64,000 nucleotides of DNA from Podospora anserina (GCA_017654855.1 JAFMPO010000001.1:1-64000), one strand, 5' to 3'; positions 51,611 to 62,817 are shown, counted from the stretch's first letter. Notes: generated by a model from the sequence alone, not told the origin. Numbers and translations: made by a program.

Positions 51611-52558
51611 ATGTCGTATAGCCGGGAAGATTATTACAGAACCATCACTTGTGTCGACTGCGGGTACAACTGCAAGTTTGCTTGTCTTGATGCCCACAAG
51701 AGCTCATTCGCTTGCCACAATCCACGATGCGCGAATCACTTGGGAACGGTTGAAGTTGACTTGCCTGGGGGTACACTTTACTCTCGGGAGAGGAGCCATA
51801 AAGGTTCATCTTGCCATGAGTCCTCATCCCGTCGCCGGAGCAGATCTAGGAATCCCGAGGAACCGTCATCTCACCATGGCAGCCGTTCCAGGACCACTCA
51901 TCACTATGAGTATACAGCGCCACCGGAGGAACCTTCCTCTCGACACCGCAGTAGATCAACTGCCAGATACCCTGAAGAGCCCTCCTCGCATCACAGAAGC
52001 AGGTCCTCCAACAGGTATGCCGAGGAGCCTCGTCGCTTTTCTAGCTATGCCCCCCAGGGACATCCCAGCAGTTACCAGTACAGCCATGATGCTCATGCCG
52101 ACTATGTCACTGTTGAACCCGACGAGACCGAGGATATGAGACAGCGCTTCGAAAGGATGGGACGTGAAAGAAAGTCGAGGTATCCACCCTCCTCTTCTGG
52201 TTACCGATATCCCCCTTCTTCTTCTTCTTCTCATTATGAGCACCCGCCATCTGAATCTCACCGTCGCAACCGATCTTCGACTAGGCAATACGAAGAGCCC
52301 CCTCGTCGCAGCTCTCATAGCTACCGTGGCCCGGGAAATGAAGACCCGAGAAATGAAGAAATCGAGATTGTCGACGCGGGGTCGTCTCCGTATGTTGCTC
52401 CCAGCAGTAAGCGCGGCCGTCAATATCCTCCTCGATCCGGTTCCGGTCGTAGACGTGCCTACGGGCCCTACGATGAACCACCTCGTACTCCAGACCTGCC
52501 TCCCGCTCCGTATATTTACATTGGCACGTGGGATCCCGAGGGCAACCAAATCGACTGA
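51611..52558 (+). CDS. orphan protein: N-terminal Cys/His motif plus R/S/H-rich repeats
   Basis: 315-aa ORF in GCAATGT context; CVDC..C..C..CHNPRC..H; repeated EEPSS(H/R)H(G/R)SRS. Confidence 0.65.
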   Translation: MSYSREDYYRTITCVDCGYNCKFACLDAHKSSFACHNPRCANHLGTVEVDLPGGTLYSRERSHKGSSCHESSSRRRSRSRNPEEPSSHHGSRSRTTHHYEYTAPPEEPSSRHRSRSTARYPEEPSSHHRSRSSNRYAEEPRRFSSYAPQGHPSSYQYSHDAHADYVTVEPDETEDMRQRFERMGRERKSRYPPSSSGYRYPPSSSSSHYEHPPSESHRRNRSSTRQYEEPPRRSSHSYRGPGNEDPRNEEIEIVDAGSSPYVAPSSKRGRQYPPRSGSGRRRAYGPYDEPPRTPDLPPAPYIYIGTWDPEGNQID

Positions 52559-53499
52559 ACAGGTTCATTAAGACAGCTGGCTTGTTGTTGTGATGAGCTG
52601 TGCCTTGCCTCTCAAGGTAGGCCATGTAGGTATAAGACGAGAGATAAGATAGAACAGTGCATTTTCAGGAGTTCGGGGCATGGTTTCACTGGAGAGGTCA
52701 GGTAAGGTAGGTTGGGGAAAAGAAAAGCAAACTCTGGCATTGGGCAGCAAAGCTGGACCACTTTTTAGGCCAAAAGGGGGAAAGCGCAGGAAGCGACATC
52801 AAACATGGCTTTAAATATCAGCTCTTCAATTCGTCGTTATCCACCGTCCTATGCTAACGTTTTGCACATATGTGAGTTCTGTGGACCCAGTCGGCACTGG
52901 CGCCGTGCGCTGAAAATCTGCCGGGCCGGTCCACGTTGTTAATCCGGCTGACATTTCCATGTGTTGGTTCTCCGGCTAAGGTAAGATGATGCAGCATACA
53001 TGCAATTATGTAATCTCACAGCCAATCGTTCCTTCCCAGGCTGGTTGAAGACAGTTGGGAAGGTGCGTGTTCCAGCTCACCACGTAGCTGCCAGCTGATG
53101 CAGGTTGGCAGCTTTGCTTCTTGGGCATCGCTCGCCCTGCCAATACACACAACTTCATGCCTTGGAGTTCTGCCACGAGAAGCATTGCACTGCATTATCT
53201 TGGCCCAAGCCGCTCAACATATCATGTGTGGTGCCTTATTACTCGATGGGCATCTGCTCCCAGTTTCTCAACCAAAGCCTTGCCACTCGGGCTTCAGTAT
53301 CGTTCTGCTTTTTTGGCAGAACGATATATCTGAGAGTCGCCATTCATTCCACTTTTTCTTTTGTTTTTCCTTCTCCTTCTTGACACAATTTGGTCAGCAT
53401 CATTCTTCAGTTCTCCTTCACAGCTATCATCAATGTTTGAATACCTTTTCACCGTCCCCAAGGTAGTGGCTACTGCGCTACAAGAGAAGATCAGGCAAA

Positions 53500-55611
53500 A
53501 TGGGCCACAACAACAACAGCAGAACACCGACGCAGGACGATCCCAATATCACTACAACTACAGAATGGGACTCAGGTGATAGTGAGGGCGTCGATTATGT
53601 CTACCAGGACAACCGCAAGCCCTCACCCCCTTCCGACAAGAAGACCGTGAAGGCCAGGAGTCCAAGGAGGAAGAGATCACCCAAGGCAAAACCCAGCTGC
53701 CACAAGTGCGTATGTGGAGCAACTTTACACACGCCTGCTGCTGACGAAGATGTCGGCGAAGAAACCGTCTTTGAGTTAGACACCGGCTCTGAGAACGACG
53801 GATCCCACCGGAGCCATCCGACGAGGCCAAAATCCCCTCCTACGCCTGAGCCCAAGTCGCCAACCCCTGAACCCATTCCACAGCCCACCCCGGAGAGCCA
53901 GGAAAAGAGTCGCAAGGTCAAGAAGAAGAAGAGCGCTACCAAGAAGAGTCACTCCAAAAGGTCTCCATCTCCGTACATTGAGGAGTACCCCGAGCAGGCT
54001 ACTAGGCCAACCATCCTTTTGAGAGAGCACAAGGCTCCCCGAAGGTTCTCCACATCCGATGCCAAACGTGCGGTCGACACCGAAGAGCGCTCCTCGCCGA
54101 CGTCTTCTGCGAGAGGCAGATCACCCCCAGCCAGACGCTTTTCGACCGCATCTCCGGACAAAGCGGCGAGACCTTCCCCCAAACGACCTTCGCACCGTCG
54201 ACATCATCTTGCAGCCATGCAAAGTGCGGAGGGCGAGCACCCCCTTGGGACAACACCACCCAAGAAGCTCATCGGCAACCATGGGGACCGCGACCAGGTC
54301 TCCGAGGTGGAAGACACTGGGCCGCCATTTCCACGCCAAACACATCATGGCTCAAGTAACCAAATACCCAAAAACATTACTCGCAGTTCAGCCTGGACGG
54401 AGCATCAGCCACAATATTCGTCATCATGGCCGCTTAACCCAGGTTTCCATCACCCACCGGGACAACCACCTCAGCAACCCGCACAGCAAGACCTTCAGTA
54501 CGACAGCGATGACGAGAGTGAACATGATACACCACACAACGAGTCCAAGTTTGCGGACAACACTTTTTCGAGACCGTCTAGACAGTCTTCATTCATGGGG
54601 CACCAGTGGCAGATGGATGAAGAGTTGAAGAGAGATAGGGAGTGGGAGGAGGAACAAGAGAGAGAAAGAGAAAGGATATTGGAAAGGGAACGAGCTCTGC
54701 AGAGAGCTCGAGAGTTGGAGATGGAGAGGGGCTTGAGCAGAGAAAGAGCACGGGAGATGGAACGCCAACGAACACAGAGAGAGTTTGAAGAGCGACAACG
54801 ATTCGAACGAGAGCAAGAGGAGCGACGACGCCACGAGGAGCGTGAGCGTGAGCGTACCCGTTCTATGCCCCACCGGCGCCGAACAATGCCCGCCCGGTTG
54901 GCTGTAGGAAATATGGATCAGGGCCCCAAGTCTGTGGTCACGGAGCTATGCGATATTTGGCGTGGCCGTGCTTCCGACTGGGAGTCTCCATATCCTTCAG
55001 ACAATGAAATCTACTCCGACGACGACGACGACATGGGCCACCACAATCGACTTTTCCACCACGGTGGTCCATCAAGGTTACTGCTCCTCGACAGCTGCCC
55101 ACCGCGAGAGACTTCCCCCTCACTGCTCCCACCACACGGAGCTAGAAGTCATTTTGGTCTCGCTCCTATGGGGCGCCCGCCTGCACCGACAACGAGATCC
55201 CGTTCCCCTGCTCCCTTCCCAGGTCCCCGTTTGGGTCGCACTTGGGCAGGTCATTCAAGCAGCAATACGGTGAACGGGTTCTTGCTGTTGGAGGCGGGGC
55301 CCCTGATGATGGAACCTGAGATGATGGATGAGGATGAACAAGGGGAGGAGATGTTCCCACAAGGCACTGATCCTGCGCATCGAGGGTGGACGTATCCAAT
55401 GGTGAGTCCTGTTTCGGAACCGCCTCGACTTTCACGGTCGGTGGTTTTGAGAAGACGGTCGATGGCACCGGATGAGCCACCTATTTTTTGCGCGAGGAAG
55501 ACGAAGGAGATGTTGTCGCCTACGCCGGTTAGGGCAAAGAGGTTTGATTTTGAAGGTTGGGGTCGCGATAGGAGTTCGAGGAGTTCGTTGGGGTTGGGGT
55601 TGATGGGTTGA
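53500..55611 (+). CDS. hypothetical low-complexity protein with E/R-rich helical segment
   Basis: 703-aa uninterrupted ORF, P/S/K-rich, with a ~75-aa ER-rich run; no domain recognised. Confidence 0.7.
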   Translation: MGHNNNSRTPTQDDPNITTTTEWDSGDSEGVDYVYQDNRKPSPPSDKKTVKARSPRRKRSPKAKPSCHKCVCGATLHTPAADEDVGEETVFELDTGSENDGSHRSHPTRPKSPPTPEPKSPTPEPIPQPTPESQEKSRKVKKKKSATKKSHSKRSPSPYIEEYPEQATRPTILLREHKAPRRFSTSDAKRAVDTEERSSPTSSARGRSPPARRFSTASPDKAARPSPKRPSHRRHHLAAMQSAEGEHPLGTTPPKKLIGNHGDRDQVSEVEDTGPPFPRQTHHGSSNQIPKNITRSSAWTEHQPQYSSSWPLNPGFHHPPGQPPQQPAQQDLQYDSDDESEHDTPHNESKFADNTFSRPSRQSSFMGHQWQMDEELKRDREWEEEQERERERILERERALQRARELEMERGLSRERAREMERQRTQREFEERQRFEREQEERRRHEERERERTRSMPHRRRTMPARLAVGNMDQGPKSVVTELCDIWRGRASDWESPYPSDNEIYSDDDDDMGHHNRLFHHGGPSRLLLLDSCPPRETSPSLLPPHGARSHFGLAPMGRPPAPTTRSRSPAPFPGPRLGRTWAGHSSSNTVNGFLLLEAGPLMMEPEMMDEDEQGEEMFPQGTDPAHRGWTYPMVSPVSEPPRLSRSVVLRRRSMAPDEPPIFCARKTKEMLSPTPVRAKRFDFEGWGRDRSSRSSLGLGLMG

Positions 55612-56569
55612 GAGGGGAGGCAAGGCTACTAGACCTACATCCTCGGGAGAGGGGGAGTTTGGAGTTGGACGTTCAGTTGGGGGTGCAGGCAAGGCTACTA
55701 GGCCTGCCTATAGGGATTGAGAGGTGGTGGTTGTGATATCATGGATGCTAAATGGTGTCTAGATGGTTGAGCATTCGCATGTGGGGAGTTGGTGGCTGTG
55801 ACATGATTGCATACGACTCGGCGTTTCAAAAAGAGGGTATCAGGTTTTGTTCTCGGTGGTGTGATGAGGAATTTCAGAGGGCTAGAGCTGGAGGTCATAC
55901 GGAGTCTTTTTGTTGTTTGTTGGCGGTGGGCAGATAATACGTATTTGAGAAGGAGGACGGACCTGAATTGTATCGACAAAGACAAGAAGGAAGTGGAGGA
56001 TATTCAAGCTCATCAGCACGCATATTTCCTTTGTATAGAATAATAATTAGTAGATAGATATGATCGTTATGGCCAACTGAGCAATAGATTAGATCTGTCG
56101 ATAGATGTTCGAGGCGTTGATGGCGTGTTTGACGTGATACATTTGCGGAAAATGTAGTCAAGGCAGTTTGGATCAGACCTTGGGACCCAGCCGTTTCCTT
56201 ATGTTCATGTTCCATATCCAGCTACAAAGGGTGTTGTGGTATGTTGGTTGGTAATCAGAGCCAATGTTGTACAAGCGGAGCGAGAAAGAAAAATGGTGCA
56301 ACTATCAACAGTTGTTTGGTGTCGACGAGGACATACCGTCCTCGACCTTCCGCCCATGACTGGACGGGCGAACCGAGGATGATTGCATGAAGTGGAGAGG
56401 GCCAATTCCTGGTTGTGATATTTGTCAGAAAGAGGGTGACAGGCTTTCAATTCGCATGGCTTTGTTCTGTTCGATGGACCTTGCGGTCAGTTAGGTAGAC
56501 ATTTTGGTTCGGAAGGAGGAGGAGGCTTCAGTGAGAGCTTAGGTCGTTGGTGGGTGAAGCAGTTCTGGC

Positions 56570-56965
56570 GATATTTATTACCGAGTGCAACACTTAGCAT
56601 TATTCTTGAGAGAGAACATTTACCCAGCCCCTTGATTATGTTATTAGTATCCCCGTCCTTACCTATCGTACCTACCCTTCCTATTATCTAATAAAAAGCT
56701 CTAAAGAAAAATATTAAGTATTCGAATAATTTTAAAAAGCCTCTAAATTATCTTTAAAGACCTTTACATTATTTTTAACAGCCTTTAAATTATCTTTAAA
56801 TGCCTTTGCATCATCTTTAAAGGCGTTTTAACTATCTTTTAGAGCTTAATAAATACCTTTTAACCTTAAATGATTATACTTTGTAATATAGCTAAATTCT
56901 ATATTAAGTGGGGGCGGTGTTGGTAAGATAAATAGGGGGCTCTGTATAGGTTCTCTTATTCCAGA
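56570..56965 (-). pseudogene. AT-rich, RIP-like degenerate relic with 21-nt periodic (heptad) coding remnant
   Basis: Abrupt AT richness with abundant TpA and few CpA/TpG; repeated units such as gcctttaaattatctttaaa. Confidence 0.65.
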
Positions 56966-57014
56966 TTGGCAGTTTAACGGAGTGTTTGATATTCAGAATT
57001 ATCTATCGTTTGCT

Positions 57015-57905
57015 TTAAGATTCTACACACACAAACGACAGCTCGCTCCAGTCCGCCAGACTGCTCTCCCCATCACTCAGGAACTGAGCATAGACTTCAT
57101 CGTCAAGATAAGACCACTCCGACTCCGCGTCCAAAGCCGCAAGATCCTTAACGTGAACCCCTTGTCGCCGACGGCCTTTCCCTCTTCTCCCTTTCTTCAT
57201 CGTGTCCACAACCTGAATAGTATATAGGCAGGCCTCATCCCCAAAGCCGCCATAATCCACCTGAAGGTCCTCGGGACCGATAAGTCCCTGGCGGACAAGC
57301 TCTGCGACTTCCCAATCCTCAACGGTAGCATCAGCTGCGATGGGCATCGGACCACGTGGCCAGGCTTTTCGGTTGGCAGCGTGTATCCTTGCCACGTCGT
57401 CGTCGTCGTCGAAGGCAAGAGTGACGCCTTCATCGATAATTTTTTTGGGTCCGGTGATGGCTTTTGGCTGTCGCTTTTGTGATGGTTTTTTCACCTCATC
57501 CTGATGATGTCTCGGCTTTGACGTGACCTCTGATCCAGCGGGCAATGCTGGTGCGTCTAGCTCTTCTGTCGCCGTCTTTGTCTGCGTTGTTGTGGCATCG
57601 GCCTCCACTGGGGTGCTCTGATCAGGTTTGTCCCCCTCGTTGCTGTCCTCGTTTTCAATTGCCGTCGCCGCCGCCGCCGCCGCCGCCGCCATCATAGCCC
57701 TTCTGCAAGCTCTAGGCAAGGTCTTACTCCTCTTGGCCGCGTTTTCTGCGCGGACCGACTTCCAATACTCCTTGCGATGGCTCTGCGACCGAGGATAGTA
57801 GAATTGGCGGACGTAACACGGTCGTCCATCCCAATTCAAATGCATCATGCACCAGTCACACTCGTACCAGTCCCATGGGTAGGTGTCCCGTTTGCGCCGT
57901 CCCAT
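57015..57905 (-). CDS. hypothetical protein (296 aa)
   Basis: ATG in ACAATGG context, upstream TATAAG ~58025. Aromatic/Cys N-terminus and acidic C-terminus; no domain recognised. Confidence 0.65.
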   Translation of the reverse strand: MGRRKRDTYPWDWYECDWCMMHLNWDGRPCYVRQFYYPRSQSHRKEYWKSVRAENAAKRSKTLPRACRRAMMAAAAAAAATAIENEDSNEGDKPDQSTPVEADATTTQTKTATEELDAPALPAGSEVTSKPRHHQDEVKKPSQKRQPKAITGPKKIIDEGVTLAFDDDDDVARIHAANRKAWPRGPMPIAADATVEDWEVAELVRQGLIGPEDLQVDYGGFGDEACLYTIQVVDTMKKGRRGKGRRRQGVHVKDLAALDAESEWSYLDDEVYAQFLSDGESSLADWSELSFVCVES

Positions 57906-58423
57906 TGTAGTTGATGTGTTTTTTGTTGCTGAAGTCTGGAGAAGGTTTGATGGTGGTGAGCAGACGCTGCTGGGTTGAGGTAGGTATTTGTAGTGGTAGG
58001 TTCAACGGCTGTGCACTGTTGACTTATACAACTTTAGCACCAACGACAATATAAGCGAGGATCCTACCGGCCGGTGTGTGACTCAGGCCGGCGGCCCCCA
58101 CCAAGTTGCAAGCGCAGAGTTGAGCTCAACTAAACGCAAGGTACTCGGTATTTTCCGTTCTTTGCTTCTAAAAGAAAAAGAAGAAAAAAAAGAAACCCGC
58201 GATCCTTGTTTCAAGATGTTTCCATGACCGGCATTGGGCTGCCATCTGGGAAAGAAGGTCATACTGTCATTGGCACTCGCGTCCACTCCTTTGATGTTGA
58301 GAGAACCAACTTCAATTTGAAAACCGCCGCCAAGATAACTCCATGAATGATGAACCGTACAGGAAGCAAGCCGTATTTTCCATTGCTGGCCAAAGTACGC
58401 ATGGAACAATGCATCGGTCCGCG

Positions 58424-60070
58424 TCATACACACAGCTGATTCAACCGCAGGACCACCTTCTCGATGTATCTTACTCCCACTCTGATCCCATCCTCATCCT
58501 GGAACTCCCGCTCATCTCCAAAGTCTTGATTGTCCGGGTCAAGACAGGTCAGACATGTCTCTACAATCTCGGCATACCTCGTTCCCATGTATTGAGGCAG
58601 CTCGTTCCGCGCTAGATGTAGAAGGAACTCCTTGCCTCGGGTGTGTAGAAAATGGTTGACCTGTTTGATGTCCGGGTGTGGCGACACAGGCAGGATCTCG
58701 GTGGGCAGTGCTTGGCCGGTCTGGGGATGGTATCGTATGAACGATTTCCAGAAGCCAATCTCCAGGAGACAAACACCGAGACTGTAAATATCGTGTTGCA
58801 TGATGTAATCTTCATTCGGCGAAGCTCCTTGGCGGGAAGAATGCCGGTAGAGATTTCGCTCTAGAGTGTCATCCCCAAGCCGCTGGGTTGAGCCATCCTC
58901 CCGTCGAAAGTTCTCGAAGCCCACAAGAAAGAGTGACTGCGAAGGCAAGCCCGATTTGGTGCTGGTGAATACCAGTATGGATTCCGGGCGGACGTTTTTG
59001 TGAACGAAGCCGAACGTGTGGACGTAGCTGACGGACCTGGCGAGTTGTTTTGCGTAGTCGAATCGTAGTGACAGGGTTTGAGGAGGAGCTGTATGGGATA
59101 GCACATACCGAAGGCTGTTGGGAATCCCGGTAGTGTGGACTGGCTGTCTGAAGACCATCGTCAACATTGATGGAGTTGTAGTACGATCGTGACGGCCTTT
59201 TGTCGGTGTTGATAATGGGACGGCCACTCCTTTGCATGCGAGAAGGCCGAATGTATGAGGGTCGTTGTGCTGAAGCTTCCTGGCCAGGTCTCTTGCGTCC
59301 TTCTTGATGAGTTGATACTTGGCTACCGGCTCGCATGTGATTTGGTTGAGAATGTAAACCCCAACCTGACCATTTCCGTACAACCGTTGCGCGATTGAGA
59401 TCTGCGAGAATGCTACTTGTTGAATGAACATCTTGGACAGCTCTGCTGCGTCGAAGGTCAATCCCGCTTCTGATGAACTACCGTATGTGCTGTCTTGCAT
59501 GCGACTCGCTCTTATGGTGACTGTGGACGGAATGGCTGTTGCTGTATTGGAGTGTGGTTTGTCGTCGATCGCGTCAAGATTGGTAGGCGTTTGGAGAGCG
59601 AGGTCGACCTGTGAGTCGGCGATTCTCATGAGAAGAAACCATGATTGGTCCGTTGTTTGTTGCCAGGTCTCCAGCTCCTCGATGGCCTTGTCTAGACTCT
59701 TCTTTATCAAGATGTATTTGCCCCTACGTGCATTAACCTCAAGGCTGTGGTTGATCTCGAGAAACACAGGCAGGGGCCTTACAAGTCGATTGATTATACC
59801 TGTGACAATCTCTAGCTTACTCAAAAGAATCCGAAGTGTCTGGCCCCAAATCTCGCGATGGTCATCTTCTATCAGATGTTGGATGCGCTTCAGAAAGTCG
59901 AGCTTGTGGGTAAATAGCATCCAGTTGTTGTCGAGACGGATCACACGCTCTGATATTTGAGCATCTGCTTGGCGTAGGTTCGCACACAGGGCCCTGAGTT
60001 GTCTTCCATATTTCAGACACAAGTCAATTGTCGGTGGTAGGGCAAGAGCCAGTCCAACAAGCTCGGCCAT
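58424..60070 (-). CDS. HeLo-like N-terminal domain + pseudokinase (MLKL-like architecture)
   Basis: Hydrophobic N-terminal helix MAELVGLALALP and ~150-aa helical region. Kinase C-lobe with HKNVRPES, LVGFENFR, NLYRH..RQG, HDIYSLGVCLLEIG, MGTRYAEIVETCL. Confidence 0.85.
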   Translation of the reverse strand: MAELVGLALALPPTIDLCLKYGRQLRALCANLRQADAQISERVIRLDNNWMLFTHKLDFLKRIQHLIEDDHREIWGQTLRILLSKLEIVTGIINRLVRPLPVFLEINHSLEVNARRGKYILIKKSLDKAIEELETWQQTTDQSWFLLMRIADSQVDLALQTPTNLDAIDDKPHSNTATAIPSTVTIRASRMQDSTYGSSSEAGLTFDAAELSKMFIQQVAFSQISIAQRLYGNGQVGVYILNQITCEPVAKYQLIKKDARDLARKLQHNDPHTFGLLACKGVAVPLSTPTKGRHDRTTTPSMLTMVFRQPVHTTGIPNSLRYVLSHTAPPQTLSLRFDYAKQLARSVSYVHTFGFVHKNVRPESILVFTSTKSGLPSQSLFLVGFENFRREDGSTQRLGDDTLERNLYRHSSRQGASPNEDYIMQHDIYSLGVCLLEIGFWKSFIRYHPQTGQALPTEILPVSPHPDIKQVNHFLHTRGKEFLLHLARNELPQYMGTRYAEIVETCLTCLDPDNQDFGDEREFQDEDGIRVGVRYIEKVVLRLNQLCV

Positions 60071-60605
60071 ATTGGCAGAGTTCTTCTGGCCCACACGACA
60101 CGAGGAAGAACTGGCAAAACTCTGGATAGACTGTGCCAAAGAACTTGTAAGAACACGGTTTGAGCGATCGAGGGGTGGTTGCAGCGAGGCGGCCAAATGC
60201 GAACCAATAATAAGGCAGACGAGGCAGACTTCCGGGTTGTTTCTTCACAACTTCATGTGACTTCGTGCAGGCCGCGGGCTGAGGACGCTGTGATTGAGCG
60301 CCACGATTTGTCGGCTGCATATCTGGTGTGGCAGAATATGTAGAAGGAGCAAGAAGCCAAAACACGGCCTCGGTCACTCATTGGACAGAATGAAACCAGG
60401 AGCTGAGCCACCGCCCACCTTCCATCCAGCTTTCCCCGCAACACAAAACTGCCCCTTCCTCTGATGGTTGTGAACGCTTGAGACTGCAGCTGACTCATTT
60501 ATCCTTGATACCTTCCATACGCTCCGTCCCAACACATTCAACGCTCATTATTAATTGCCTAACCAAGCATTCCACGCCTACTGGTCATGTTCAAGTTGAC
60601 AATCA

Positions 60606-62817
60606 ATGGCGAACCATACTTTGATGTCGCTGGAAGCAGTCCATGACACCAGACTTCTAGCAACTGTCGAGGCGAATGTCACCATTCACCGCGTAACAAC
60701 AGTACGACAAGGCAACCCGTCATGGTGGCAAGAACGATGGGTGCGGCATGATAACAACATTCTTGGACACGGAGGATGCGGTCTGGTATGGCTAGAAAAG
60801 AAAGAAAAGATCCTCGAAGCGGAGGAAGACAAATGGAGAGCGGTGAAAGCCATTCGAGTAGCTGACAGCAAGAGCACCAACGAAGGCGTCCGCTACGTCC
60901 GTGAGTTGGAAGCGTTGAAAAGATTCTCTCAACCGAAGGTATGTACCTAGATGATGATGATGTGCGTGTGCACCTACTTAGTCACCGTTTTACATGCTGA
61001 CTTTTCCCCAAGTATGCCCATTTCTTTGTTGAGTTCTTTGGATGGTACGAAATCCCAAATTACCTCTGCATCGCCATGGAGTATTGCGAGCATGGTGACT
61101 TGAGGAAGTATCTTCAAACGGTCAAAACCATGCCCGAAGACGAGGTGAAGGTGGTTGCTTCCCAAGTATTGGGTGCTCTGGAAATGATGCACGAGGCAGG
61201 GTATACTCATAGAGATGTGAAGCCCGCGGTGAGTACATTATGCAAAAGCTGAATTCAAGAAGGCTTGAGCTCTAATGATGTTCTTCACAGAACATTCTCA
61301 TCAAATCCAAGCCGCCGCAGAGATGGTGGGTCAAGGTGTGCGACTTGGGCCTGAGCAAACGTGCTGAGGACATAGCTGGCGCTTCTACGACTGTAAGGGG
61401 CACGCCCGGCTTTCTGGCACCGGAAGTGTTGGACTGCGATCCCAGCACAGGGCAGAGAGACTCTTTTCCCATCGACATGTGGTGTTTTGGCGAGACGGTT
61501 TACCAAATGTTGACCGGAGAGCCAGTCTTCAAAACCCTGGCAGCTCTTTTTCATTACCGAGCTGGCAGCATCGAATTCCCGGATCAGGCTTTCCAACGAG
61601 TCAACGCCAGTCCAGAAGCCCGTCACTTCGTACGATCATTGATGCTTGCGCATCCTCCTCTTCGTCGCACGGCCACCGCGCATCCGATATATGGCGCCCA
61701 AGGTCATCCTTGGATGGCAATCAAAACCGTAGAAAATCTGGTGATCAAGTCGCGGTCGGCAGTCTCGTACGAAACAGCCACCGCGTGGCCTCCCCCACTT
61801 CCTCAAGACGGGGATCAAATCACGGGAGTCTCTGGGAAATGGACGCAAACAGTGGAGATCGCAAAACACTCCATGGCACATGCCATAGGCTCTTTCGGAG
61901 ATCAGTCCGAATCTCAACTTCCTTCGATTTACCCTGCCCTCCCAGGACTTGGCCAGCTATATCACCCTTATCTACAATATGCATACAGCAACTCCACACT
62001 CAATCCATTCTACTACTTTCTGTCACCTAGCAATTACTATGCTGCTCAATATCTCAACGCAATGATCAATACGATGTCAAGTGGCGGCTACAAGTTACCT
62101 GCAGTATCTTTGCGCAGATCAGTTCTGCCAAAGCGAGTCAAGGCTCTCTTTCCCAGAAACGTGGCCCGCTCAAAACCAGCAGAAGTAGTCAAAAGGGAAT
62201 TCAAGGAAGCGATCACCAAAGCGGCCAGCAAGGTGACAGACAACAGGCTTCAACCAAAGGATACAAATCTAGACGCCCAAGAGTCGATAAAGCAACATAT
62301 CGAGGCGGCAGATCAGCATTCTGACTCGAATGGGAACTCCCAACGGCTCGTAGGCCAGTCAACATATCAGCAGCCTGGGCTCAGTGCCGAGACTCGATTT
62401 TCCGTCAATAAAGAAAACAAGAACTTTGCGGAGGATTTCAAGCCGACTATTCCTGTCCCGTCTGAGATGGCCGAGCTCTTGAGTCGCGGGAAGCCACCAA
62501 AGTCCAATCCAGCAGGCACGGCAGGGGCAGAGGATCATGACTCGTTGCGTGACGAAACGGAAGAAAGTTGGACAGTTGTTACGTCAAGGCGAAAGCATTC
62601 TGGACCAGCAAAGAGGCGACCAGCACCCCCGTCTCCATCGACTCATGCTAGAGCCTTGCCGGCTCGCAAGAGCACACCGACTCCAAATTCTGATGTACTA
62701 ACAACTCAAGTCTTGCCAGTTATGGCACGTCGACCGGCCCCGCGACTACCACAAGCAATCATTGGCAGACAATCTTGGGCCGAGGTAGTTGCTACAGAGG
62801 GCGGGGAGCCTGAGTGA
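60606..62817 (+). CDS. Ser/Thr protein kinase with long low-complexity C-terminal tail; exons 60606-60938, 61013-61228, 61291-62817
   Basis: LGHGGCGLVW, RAVK, RELEAL, IAMEYCEHGDL, HRDVKPA|NILI, DLG, GTPGFLAPE, DMWCFG; canonical introns. Confidence 0.92.

Noticed and set aside
56700-56860. Heptad relic as a Spok spore-killer remnant
   Set aside because: Repeat sequence (DDAKAFK-type) does not resemble the Spok EEAKARA-type coiled coil and no Spok nuclease/kinase sequence is adjacent
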